From Candidatus Latescibacterota bacterium (GTDB lineage: Bacteria; Latescibacterota; UBA2968; UBA8231): a stretch of DNA of 64,000 nucleotides. Every line of letters starts with the position of its first letter. The stretch's first letter is position 1. The stretch spans positions 6,688,001-6,752,000 of the forward strand of contig OZ244561.1 in NCBI GenBank assembly GCA_965217585.1. The letters run 5' to 3'. This document shows, piece by piece, positions 1-8,363 of this stretch. Below the pieces are notes generated by a model. That model was not told where the DNA came from. It saw only the letters and a program-made list of their open reading frames with translations, and made no database searches. Made by a program: the position numbers and the translations under genes.

Positions 1-33
1 CTCGCAGGGCTATGGCGTTGGGAGTGGTTTCAA

Positions 34-84
34 TCAATCTGCGACCAATCGGTAGGAAAGATTTTGGTCGTAGAGGAGTCTCAT
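34..84 (-). pseudogene. N-terminal remnant of a DUF5615/PIN-like protein
   Basis: Manual translation MRLLYDQNLSYRLVAD*, resembling the MKLLFDQNLSPRLV start of DUF5615 PIN-like proteins; truncated after 16 codons. Confidence 0.55.
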
Positions 85-135
85 GCCGAAGAAATAGACA
101 TAAGCCGGCGCTCCCGATCCGCAGCAAAAGCCAAA

Positions 136-490
136 TTACCCCCTCATCTTCGCGAAGGCTCCTGCCCTCTCATGTTCCAGAATAGCTGCCGTCCTCTCCA
201 GTTCAGCCACAACCTCATCGTCTGCCTTCTCGTCTCGAAGGCGGCACCCGAGTTTCGTCCAACCCCGGACCCCTGTCCATCCGCTCCTGTAGAACAACGC
301 GAAGCATCTGCGCCTGCAGGCCGACAGTATCCCGCGCACCCATCTCCTCGAAGCGCAAGGCAAGTTCATCCACGTTGCTCCGGTCACCCAAACCACTGCC
401 TGCCTTGAGTTCCATCAACGCCTCGTCAAGCAGTTCACCGAACTCCCGAAGCTGTGCATAGATGTCTGAATACAATCCTGTGGCACTCAT
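136..490 (-). pseudogene. Small helical hypothetical protein split by a +1 frameshift
   Basis: ORF 215..490 (MSATGLYSDIYAQLREF...) continues plausibly in the frame of ORF 136..396 (...WTKLGCRLRDEKADDEVVAELERTAAILEHERAGAFAKMRG); span is 355 nt = 3n+1; shift lies near G-runs at ~262-274. Confidence 0.6.
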
Positions 491-570
491 TCGCTCTCGT
501 CCTCTTCTTCACTGCTGAAGTCCAAGGCATCCTCATCGTATTCGCTGGCGTCCTCACCGATGTGGATCCA
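487..570 (-). pseudogene. Acidic C-terminal remnant of a truncated upstream gene
   Basis: Translates WIHIGEDASEYDEDALDFSSEEEDESE*; its TGA overlaps the ATG at 490 (ATGA coupling); cut off at the repeat starting ~574. Confidence 0.5.
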
Positions 571-573
571 TGT

Positions 574-686
574 GCCCGGCCGATAAAAAAAAGATGCCCA
601 AGGCTTGTGGAAAACTTCGGTCACTCTGCCTCTGAGCAAGCACGAATACCGCTTTGTAATCCATGGCCAGTGGCGCGATGATCCGC
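574..686 (+). repeat. Degenerate copy of an internal segment (6899-7010) of the CBM48-type gene
   Basis: Shares e.g. TGTGGAAAACTTCGGTCACTCT and AAGCACGAATACCGCTTTGT with 6899-7010; has one extra A in the poly-A run. Confidence 0.9.
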
Positions 687-690
687 GACC

Positions 691-1992
691 TCAACGCGCA
701 GTCTCCGCCTCATCAGACAACGAATCGTCTGCGCCCTTTATGTCGTAGGTCGTTTCCGTATAGGTTATGACCTTCACGCTCCGCCCCGTCCTCTCATTGA
801 CGATACGACAGCTAGGACAGTTCGGCCCTGTACGCTCGATCCGATGCGGCGTCAGTATTCCTTGGACGGCCTCGTAGTCCTCGTATGTCGTCGTCCAAAC
901 AGGGGGCCGCCGGTGATACTTCTGGCGATAGTCCCTTTGTTCGGCAGCGGTCAGCCCGTCTCGCGTGGCTACCAACAGTCCGGTGCTGCGCGAAAAGAGC
1001 GCGTCGTAATAGTTTCCGTACAGGGCATCGTCCACCCGGATGACGTCAGTCAATCTATCGCGGAACCGTTCCGTCTGTATGTATCGCAAAACGACCCCGT
1101 CGCCGAAAAAACGGTCGATAAAATGCCAGCGGCGCATCTCGCCCATTTGGCGCGATTGACGGCTTGCGGGTGTTAGGAAGTCCCACCGCAGATTGAACAG
1201 GCGGTAATAGCGGCTCAGCGACTCGGCTGGGTTGCGCATCCCGCCCCCCCTATCGGCGGCAACGGCCTGCTCCCTTTTTTCCTCTAAGGAGATGTCGGTA
1301 ACTTCGCCCCATCCTTTGTAGTGCCGGTTGGAAACGGGATGTAAATAAGGCTTTACCTGCAGGACCTCCCGACCCGTCCGGTGATCCCAGGCCTTGATCG
1401 ACATTTTAACCCGAGCCCCCTTAATGGAGGCCAAAGCACGGCGCCCCCCCATCGCGGCGATAGCCCGCTCTACGATCTCTTCGGCGCGCTGGCGGCTCTT
1501 GTATGCAGCAGTTCCCGGCGTTACGGCCGCAACGCGAAAGCGCACGTATTGTTCCGCCTGTTTCGCTCGCTCGCGCACAGCGCGCAACGCCAGTTCGTTG
1601 AGATCTGGCATCTCTACGGGCGGCGCTTGGAACTCACGTGCCTTGGCTGCCACTTCGATAGTATCTATCGCCAACTCGGCAAAGGGCGTGATGATGGGCA
1701 GTTTCCCGACGCCGACGACCTCGGGAATCGATTCGGGCGGATCGGGACTCTCGGGGCCCGCCGGCAACTCTAGGCGTTCTAGGCGGTGCTGCAATAGCCG
1801 CGGACTATCCGCTGTGAAGGCAGCGGGTTTGGGCATCACCAGAACCGGCGGCGGCAGCCGCAACACTTGCACCTTGAGGCCCGCTGTGTCGCGCCCAGGC
1901 GGAACGATCCAGAGCAACAACAAGTGCAATGCCGCGGACAGGACGAAAAACGGAACGATCCGCCAGCGATTCTTGGGTGTTCGACGATCCAT
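691..1992 (-). CDS. Membrane-anchored exported hypothetical protein (TonB-like N-terminal anchor, Pro-rich linker)
   Basis: 433-aa ORF; N-terminal TM with SxxLH motif (VLSAALHLLLL); Pro-rich segment; AxxIVERAIAAMGG motif. Confidence 0.7.
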   Translation of the reverse strand: MDRRTPKNRWRIVPFFVLSAALHLLLLWIVPPGRDTAGLKVQVLRLPPPVLVMPKPAAFTADSPRLLQHRLERLELPAGPESPDPPESIPEVVGVGKLPIITPFAELAIDTIEVAAKAREFQAPPVEMPDLNELALRAVRERAKQAEQYVRFRVAAVTPGTAAYKSRQRAEEIVERAIAAMGGRRALASIKGARVKMSIKAWDHRTGREVLQVKPYLHPVSNRHYKGWGEVTDISLEEKREQAVAADRGGGMRNPAESLSRYYRLFNLRWDFLTPASRQSRQMGEMRRWHFIDRFFGDGVVLRYIQTERFRDRLTDVIRVDDALYGNYYDALFSRSTGLLVATRDGLTAAEQRDYRQKYHRRPPVWTTTYEDYEAVQGILTPHRIERTGPNCPSCRIVNERTGRSVKVITYTETTYDIKGADDSLSDEAETAR

Positions 1993-2028
1993 TTATCCAA
2001 TCGCGATCCGTTAAGAGGTGCCCTCTGA

Positions 2029-3318
2029 TCAAGGTGTTCCGCCGTGCCCCGCCGCCAAGTAATCCTTCAGCAGTTGCGCGATTTTCTCGGCTGCCTCTTG
2101 GCACAGCGGGGCCATAGGCTGCTTACCGCCCAGAGTAGATTTCTGCACCGACACGCTCAGAGGAGGGATCTGTTCAAAAAGAACTCTTCTTTCCGACAGA
2201 CGAATTAACCACACGCTGATTTCGGCGACGCTAGTTGCCTGGGGTCCAGCACCGTAAGTGTGCCAGAAATTGAGTGCCGTAATGTCGAAAACCAATTTGT
2301 AGTCGCCTCTCCAAGGAAAATGCCGCATGGGCGACTCGCCAATCTGCTCGACTAGTGCGGACACCAGCGACTGGTGGAGATCGGCCGTCTGCTCTCTTAT
2401 ATACGATATATCAAGCGTGCCGAAATAAGCGAAAAAGGGACTGTCGTGCAGCTCATCCCCTCGGGCGGTAAACCGTTCCAACTCCCGTTCGAGCTGATGG
2501 GTACTGCGCCCCGCAATAAGAAGCCCCGACTCCGCTGGCACTTGCGCGACGAATTCGCTATTTCCCGCAGGCAGCGGTGGTGGCATGCCGCCGCCCTCAG
2601 GGGCGGCCTCGGTCGCATCGTCGGCGACAACCGAGTGCAGGATCGCCCGGTGTGTTTCCTCCAATAAGGTCTGCGCTAGGACAGGCATCTTCTCCTCGGG
2701 GAACGACGCTGCACTAAACGAATACCATTTTTCTACAATCTCTCCGCTCCTGCGATCCTTTAGCTCGTAGCGCGCCATAAGACCGCGCTGGCTGACGATC
2801 TCCCGCTTACTCGTTTCCGCTACCCATGCGGGAACGGATACATCGACAAATTCTTTGGCCATTATGCTCTCCTTCTCATGGCGAGCAAACCAAGCCCCGT
2901 ACATATTTAGCTCGTACGCCGGCTTTAGGTTGTAGGACAGGGGATCTTCGTAGCGCGTGACGTGTTCAAATAGCCCTAGACCCTCCGCTTCCTTCAACAG
3001 TTTCCACTCCAAACCATTGGCCTCCCGATTCGTGAGTGGGGTAAAGGCCCTCTCGGCTCCACGCCACGAGTACGGATCGGAATCCCTTGCTAGGACCAGA
3101 ACTGCTATGTTCCTTTCGTTCAGGTCCTTGGGCGTTCTACCGCCGCCGCTTATAGCGCAGCCGTACAGACAACAAACTGCAACCGCCAAAAGGACGATCA
3201 AATGGCCGTATCCTGCATGGTTGCGGTGCCACGAAAACAAAGGCCGCATAATTGGCATCTCCGATTGGCATCTCCGATAAGTGAATAAGACGTTTGAACA
3301 AAGCACGTCTACGAGCAA
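2029..3318 (-). CDS. Putative lipoprotein, hypothetical (true start probably near 3249)
   Basis: Long ORF with hydrophobic stretch and lipobox LIVLLAVAVCCLYGC. Confidence 0.65.
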   Translation of the reverse strand: MLVDVLCSNVLFTYRRCQSEMPIMRPLFSWHRNHAGYGHLIVLLAVAVCCLYGCAISGGGRTPKDLNERNIAVLVLARDSDPYSWRGAERAFTPLTNREANGLEWKLLKEAEGLGLFEHVTRYEDPLSYNLKPAYELNMYGAWFARHEKESIMAKEFVDVSVPAWVAETSKREIVSQRGLMARYELKDRRSGEIVEKWYSFSAASFPEEKMPVLAQTLLEETHRAILHSVVADDATEAAPEGGGMPPPLPAGNSEFVAQVPAESGLLIAGRSTHQLERELERFTARGDELHDSPFFAYFGTLDISYIREQTADLHQSLVSALVEQIGESPMRHFPWRGDYKLVFDITALNFWHTYGAGPQATSVAEISVWLIRLSERRVLFEQIPPLSVSVQKSTLGGKQPMAPLCQEAAEKIAQLLKDYLAAGHGGTP

Positions 3319-3457
3319 TCCTCCACGGTCGTAGGATTAGTAGTAAGTACATATTGCAATCTGCGATGTATTGCAAACAGCCTCTGCTCAACTATCCACT
3401 CGCGGGTTGCCAGAGCCGATTCCTGCCGAGCGGCTACATATCCTCGTTTTCCTGTTG

Positions 3458-3487
3458 ACTCTGAAATACTCATGAGTATTTTAGAGT
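3458..3487. promoter_or_regulatory. 30-bp palindrome, putative operator upstream of the AAA gene
   Basis: ACTCTGAAATACTCA/TGAGTATTTTAGAGT with one mismatch, overlapping TTGACT (3455) and abutting TATAAT (3487). Confidence 0.6.
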
Positions 3488-3530
3488 ATAATCTAAAATA
3501 ATAACACAACAATCGAGAAAGTCGGCAGGG

Positions 3531-4670
3531 ATGGAGCAGCGCTATATCAAAAATAGTATTGAAGCAGATATTGCGGACAGGATGGTATTCATCGGTGGGC
3601 CACGCCAAGTTGGCAAAACGACCCTCGCACTATCTCTACTGGATCGAGGCCAAGACGAGTCGTCGCCAGCTTATCTAAACTGGGATGTGTTGGCCGATCG
3701 CGAGGATGTCCTGGCAGAACGACTTCCCGCTGGTCAGACCCGCGTCATTTTTGACGAGATTCACAAGTACGCACGCTGGCGCAACCTGATGAAGGGATTG
3801 TTCGACAAGAACAAGAGCGCCGTTTCCTTTATCGTCACTGGCTCGGCGCGTCTGGATTACTATCGCAAAGGCGGCGACTCCTTGCAGGGACGGTACCACT
3901 ACTACCGGCTTCATCCGTTCACGGCGATGGAGTACGGGCGGTCACCCAATGATGCGCTCGTGGAGCAATTACTCAGGTTTGGCGGTTTCCCCGAGCCTTT
4001 TCTCAGGGGCGAGGTCCGCTTTCAGCGTCGGTGGCTGCGCGAGCATTCCGCAAGAGTCCTCTATGAAGACCTCCGCGATCTGGAGAATGTCCGCGAGGTG
4101 TCCATGCTAGAACTGCTGCTGTCGCACTTGCCGGCGTGCGTGGGCTCCCCTCTTTCGGTCAACAGCCTCAGCAAACTGCTACAAGTGGCGTACGAAACCG
4201 TCGAGCGCTGGCTGACGATCTTTGAGCGGCTGTACCTGTGCTACCGCATTCCGCCGTTTGGGGCCAAGCGGGTCCGGGCTGTCCGCAAGGAGAAGAAGCT
4301 GTATTTCTGGGACTGGTCGCGCGTGGCCGATCGGGGTGCCCGATTCGAGAACATGGTGGCTGGCCACCTGCTGAAGTACTGCCACTATGTCGAGGACACC
4401 GAAGGGCATGAGATGGAATTGCGCTTCATTCGCGATACCGACAAGCGCGAGGTGGACTTCGTCGTTCTCCGCGATGGCAGGGCGGAATTCGCCGTAGAGT
4501 GCAAAAGCGGTGAGCAAAGCGCTGCGCCCGCCTGCCGCTACTTCAGGGAGCGGACCGATATTCCACGGTTCTATCAGGTCCACCTCGGCACAAAAGATTT
4601 TGGCAACGCCACCACCAACACGCGCGTTCTGCCGTTTTTAACCTTCTGCCGCGAAGTAGGACTGCCCTAA
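3531..4670 (+). CDS. AAA_14 ATPase with C-terminal DUF4143 (restriction-endonuclease-like) domain
   Basis: GPRQVGKTT Walker A, IFDEIHK Walker B, VTGSA, GGFPE, REVDFV..AVECK. Confidence 0.9.
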   Translation: MEQRYIKNSIEADIADRMVFIGGPRQVGKTTLALSLLDRGQDESSPAYLNWDVLADREDVLAERLPAGQTRVIFDEIHKYARWRNLMKGLFDKNKSAVSFIVTGSARLDYYRKGGDSLQGRYHYYRLHPFTAMEYGRSPNDALVEQLLRFGGFPEPFLRGEVRFQRRWLREHSARVLYEDLRDLENVREVSMLELLLSHLPACVGSPLSVNSLSKLLQVAYETVERWLTIFERLYLCYRIPPFGAKRVRAVRKEKKLYFWDWSRVADRGARFENMVAGHLLKYCHYVEDTEGHEMELRFIRDTDKREVDFVVLRDGRAEFAVECKSGEQSAAPACRYFRERTDIPRFYQVHLGTKDFGNATTNTRVLPFLTFCREVGLP

Positions 4671-4754
4671 TTCGGTGTCCCAAGGCTTCCTCGTCCCTGC
4701 GATGTCAGGTTCGATACCGCCGTCTCCTGTCGCCCCACATCCTGACGTTCATCG

Positions 4755-5267
4755 TCAGATCCTCTCTACAGGATAATCGGGAAAATACTTATTCCAAGTC
4801 GAGATATTGAAAACGCCACACTTAGCAACGATTTTCCGTTTCCACTGCTTTTTTGCAGGTTCGGGCAGCGCTTCGGACAGCGGAAGTTTCCTTTTAATGG
4901 CTTCGATTCTAGGACCCAGATGCGCTTTAGTCAGTGCTTCGCTAGCAATAAGGATCCAGTAGTCGATTGGTTTATCGACCCTCTTGCATGCCCACTCGTA
5001 GAGAAAGGAATCGCGAAATTTATAGACCAGATCATGATCTAGGCACTCGTTTTGAAAATCTTCAATGAGCGCTTCACGATTCTCACTTGGCGCACGAGGA
5101 TGCTCGAAATCCTTGATTTCGATGAAAGACACCCGATCTTCAAGCTCAACGATAAAGTCCACAGCCTTCATGCAGTAGGATAACCCATGCGACTTGTCAT
5201 CGAATTTCCTGACATTCACGCCGCGAGGAAATGTGATCTGGAGATTGCCTTCCGTTAGAATCGTCAT
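4755..5267 (-). CDS. Small PD-(D/E)xK-like nuclease-fold protein coupled to ABC ATPase
   Basis: KAVDFIVE...FIEIKD motif; start overlaps the stop of the upstream ATPase. Confidence 0.65.
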   Translation of the reverse strand: MTILTEGNLQITFPRGVNVRKFDDKSHGLSYCMKAVDFIVELEDRVSFIEIKDFEHPRAPSENREALIEDFQNECLDHDLVYKFRDSFLYEWACKRVDKPIDYWILIASEALTKAHLGPRIEAIKRKLPLSEALPEPAKKQWKRKIVAKCGVFNISTWNKYFPDYPVERI

Positions 5268-6298
5268 TCTTCCTCACCCCTTATACTGCGCTCAATCTCG
5301 CGATCGTACAGGCTATCGAAGGCTTGGGCGATGGCATTTGGATGGATATCCAGATAGGCTTCCGTTGTATGTAAAGCGATCTGACCGTTTTCCAATTCGC
5401 GATAGAGCGAGTGGAAAGCGATTTGGTCCTGCGAATTCATCCGCAAATCCAGCTCCTTGAGGATCACGTAGTCGTGGGTGGCGATAAAAATCTGTACGCC
5501 CATGCGCTGTAATTCGAGGAGGGTTTCGACAAGTGGCCCAAAGAGCTTGGGGTTGAGGTTTGTTTCAGGCTCATCCCAAAAAAGGATAGAACCTTTGGAC
5601 ATCGTTCCGTTCCGGATCAGTCTCCACAGAAGTCCGAGCTTGCGCATCCCCTCAGCGAGGAGCATAAACTCCAGGTTCCCTTGCTCGCTGCTGAGGAAGA
5701 ACTCTTCGCCCTCGGTCGTAACTTCCCCGCCGATTATCTCTTGTAAATCCGCAAGCAATCTGTGATCATGGTCCGTCGGATCACGCGGGGGGGGCAGGTA
5801 GGCACGATGAAGAATATCGGCGTAAATTTCCTCAAAGTGAATTTCGCGCTGTGCATACAGGGAGAGAAAACCGGGCGCATTCGCGAGCATTTCCTTCACC
5901 GGTATATAGACACTTTTGACGGGATGATCGCACCATTCTTTTGCACTGGCGATCGCGGCATCGCCGAAATGCATTGCAAGATTGGGGAAGTAAGCATGGA
6001 TCGACAGGGCATCATCGCGGAAAATCCCGATATGACAATCGATATGATCATGTGAACTCGTTTGCTGTCGTCTGGCTAGTCGGCCGAGGTGTTTAAAAGA
6101 CGGCATGAATACGCTAACGAGCTTTTCCGCGAAATCTGCTTTTGTCTTGCTGATGTCACACGCCGCGTAGGCGACCTTCATAAGATGGGTCTTACCGGTC
6201 CCGTTGGCACCTACGAGCACATTGATGCCTGGAGAGGCAATGAAATCAAGCTCTTCAAAAGCTGTAAATTGACTAAACCGCATTTCTGTGATGGCCAT
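5264..6298 (-). CDS. AAA_21/AbiEii-like ABC-type ATPase
   Basis: GANGTGKT, LAEGMRK signature, LFWDEPETNLNP, IATHD H-loop. Confidence 0.9.
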   Translation of the reverse strand: MAITEMRFSQFTAFEELDFIASPGINVLVGANGTGKTHLMKVAYAACDISKTKADFAEKLVSVFMPSFKHLGRLARRQQTSSHDHIDCHIGIFRDDALSIHAYFPNLAMHFGDAAIASAKEWCDHPVKSVYIPVKEMLANAPGFLSLYAQREIHFEEIYADILHRAYLPPPRDPTDHDHRLLADLQEIIGGEVTTEGEEFFLSSEQGNLEFMLLAEGMRKLGLLWRLIRNGTMSKGSILFWDEPETNLNPKLFGPLVETLLELQRMGVQIFIATHDYVILKELDLRMNSQDQIAFHSLYRELENGQIALHTTEAYLDIHPNAIAQAFDSLYDREIERSIRGEEE

Positions 6299-6344
6299 GC
6301 GTCTTCTCCTCTAGCCGCTTTGGCTCCGCGATGGATGTATAGGC

Positions 6345-6374
6345 AGTATAAAGGGCCTTCTCGCCGTTGGTCAA
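6345..6374 (-). promoter_or_regulatory. Sigma70-like promoter for the ATPase pair
   Basis: TTGACC-N18-TATACT on the minus strand. Confidence 0.5.
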
Positions 6375-6796
6375 GCAGCCTTTCCGGGAGGCCGTATTAA
6401 TGTGGGTTCGGTTAAAAGAACGCAAAGCCTCCCGCGCCAGCGCCTCTTACGAGCCAACAGAAATCGCGCGGCTCAATACCTTTCTCGACTGTTGTCATGA
6501 TTACCCTCCTATAAATCGGCGTTCCATCCTGCATCATTCCGGTCGGACAGCGTATAGGGCAAATACCAGACCCCGAGATGCGACCGGCTACGCAGACGAT
6601 GGACGACGCAGGAACACACCGACCCGTCCCACTCGCTCAGGCGGCGAACGCCAACTTCGGCTCAGGATCGGGCCGCAGCCGCCGACGTCTCGCCCTAAGC
6701 AAAAAATAAGCCCGCTACCGCCGGCTTATTGACTTTTTCCAAGCATCCACGTTCTTTGATTTTGTTCCCCTTTGACCAACAGAAAAAGGTTCTACT

Positions 6797-7069
6797 ATGT
6801 CGACGACTAACTCTAAAAAACGCAAACTCTTCAAACTTTTAGCCCCGCAGGCGGAAAGCGTTTACTTGGCCGCCTCCTTCAACAATTGGGACCCACAGGC
6901 CCGGCCGCTAAAAAAAGACGCCCAGGGCCTGTGGAAAACTTCGGTCACTCTACCTCTGGGTAAGCACGAATACCGCTTTGTGATCGATGGCGAATGGCAC
7001 AATGATCCGCAGTGTCAGGAGCACCTCCCCAATCCCTTCGGCACCACCAACTGCATTTTGCACGCCTGA
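6797..7069 (+). CDS. Glycogen-binding CBM48 / isoamylase early-set domain protein
   Basis: APQAESVYLAASFNNW...G.HEYRFVIDGEW.NDP...NPFGTTN. Confidence 0.9.
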   Translation: MSTTNSKKRKLFKLLAPQAESVYLAASFNNWDPQARPLKKDAQGLWKTSVTLPLGKHEYRFVIDGEWHNDPQCQEHLPNPFGTTNCILHA

Positions 7070-7180
7070 TTCATCGCGCCTAAGGGCGTGACTTCACCGC
7101 GCCTTCAGGCGTGACAATCCTTCTGCATTTCGACGGGCACGGCACGGGACTCCCCTCGCCGTGCCACGTGCAGGCTTGGC

Positions 7181-8011
7181 TTATTCGCCGTCGCGAGGCC
7201 GGTATTCGCCGCGAGCGTTCCAGCCGGGATACTGCTCTTCCAAGGCGGTGAGCGTCTGGTGGGTGTAGTAGGGGTGGTCGGGCGGAGGGAAGCGGAAGAA
7301 CTGGCGATCAGCGGCAGTGAGGCCGGCGATAAACTCGCAAAAGTGCGGGTCGCGGCCCACGTGGGTGTAGTGCTCAACGCCTTCCCAATAGTGGTCGGCG
7401 CGACCATAGGCGAATTTCCAGATATAGCGCTGGCCGTCGGCACGCCGATAGTCGCTGGCGGCGTGCCAGGAGTAGTTGTGGAAGATGGCTACCGAGCCGC
7501 CAGGGGCGACCATTGGCTCGGCTTTGGTCGGGTCTTGGTGCTGGCCGTCGCCATCGGCGACGAAAAGAGTCGGGGCCTGATCCTCGTCCACGTCTTCGAG
7601 ACAGAACCAGAAGTTGAGTTGGCTGTGGCGATGGTCGGATTCGGTGGGCGGCAGCAGCGAGTTGTTGCCATTGTCGATGTGGAACGTCCTACCCTTGCGG
7701 CCCGGATAGGTGACCAGACCCAGTCCGGGCCGGTAGTGGATTTGGTCGGTGCCGAGCCAGCGTCGGGCGAAGGCGATGGCTTCGCGGTCGACGATGGCGC
7801 GATTGAGGCATTGTTCGGGATAGGGGAAATAGTAGGAGTCGATGCGATCGTCGGGCGGATCGTCCGCGATTTCATCCCAGGGTTTGAGGATGCGGCGGAG
7901 GGCAGCGGCCATTGCGGCGCGTTGGGCTTCGGGGAGGTAGTTGTGGACGATGACGTAGCCGCGTGTGGCGAGCGCTGCGAATACTTCGTCGTTTAGTTTT
8001 TGCTCCTGCAT
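7181..8011 (-). CDS. Phytanoyl-CoA dioxygenase (PhyH) family Fe/2OG oxygenase
   Basis: GYVIVHNYL start, HxD motif (FHID), distal WHAA. Confidence 0.85.
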   Translation of the reverse strand: MQEQKLNDEVFAALATRGYVIVHNYLPEAQRAAMAAALRRILKPWDEIADDPPDDRIDSYYFPYPEQCLNRAIVDREAIAFARRWLGTDQIHYRPGLGLVTYPGRKGRTFHIDNGNNSLLPPTESDHRHSQLNFWFCLEDVDEDQAPTLFVADGDGQHQDPTKAEPMVAPGGSVAIFHNYSWHAASDYRRADGQRYIWKFAYGRADHYWEGVEHYTHVGRDPHFCEFIAGLTAADRQFFRFPPPDHPYYTHQTLTALEEQYPGWNARGEYRPRDGE

Positions 8012-8022
8012 GATGGGTTCCT

Positions 8023-8334
8023 TTAGGCGATGTATCTCTGAATACCGACGACGAGTGCGATGCTCAGGGCCGAGATCAGCGCGACACCGACGAGCGTGAT
8101 AGTCAGAATCTTGCCCATAAGGTAGATCCCCAAGCCCATCAGGACGGTCACTACTCCCATAAGAAAGAGCATCAGCCCTGTCCAGCGAGCCAACCCGTCC
8201 TTATCGGCGACCCGGTCTGGGTTGAGACCGGAGATCAAACCGACGCGTTTCTTAACCCCGATCAGATAGGCGATGACATAGAGCGGCAGGGCGCAGAGCA
8301 GCATGACGAGGAAGATAAATAGGCCTGAGTCCAT
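8023..8334 (-). CDS. Small membrane protein, DUF3784-like
   Basis: Three TM helices; LISGLN..DK.GL motif. Confidence 0.7.
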   Translation of the reverse strand: MDSGLFIFLVMLLCALPLYVIAYLIGVKKRVGLISGLNPDRVADKDGLARWTGLMLFLMGVVTVLMGLGIYLMGKILTITLVGVALISALSIALVVGIQRYIA

Positions 8335-8363
8335 CTGGGTATCCTTTCATGGGTTGGGAGTCG

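Noticed and set aside
6367-6732. 121-aa ORF
   Set aside because: No motifs or RBS and it overlaps a promoter; probably intergenic debris
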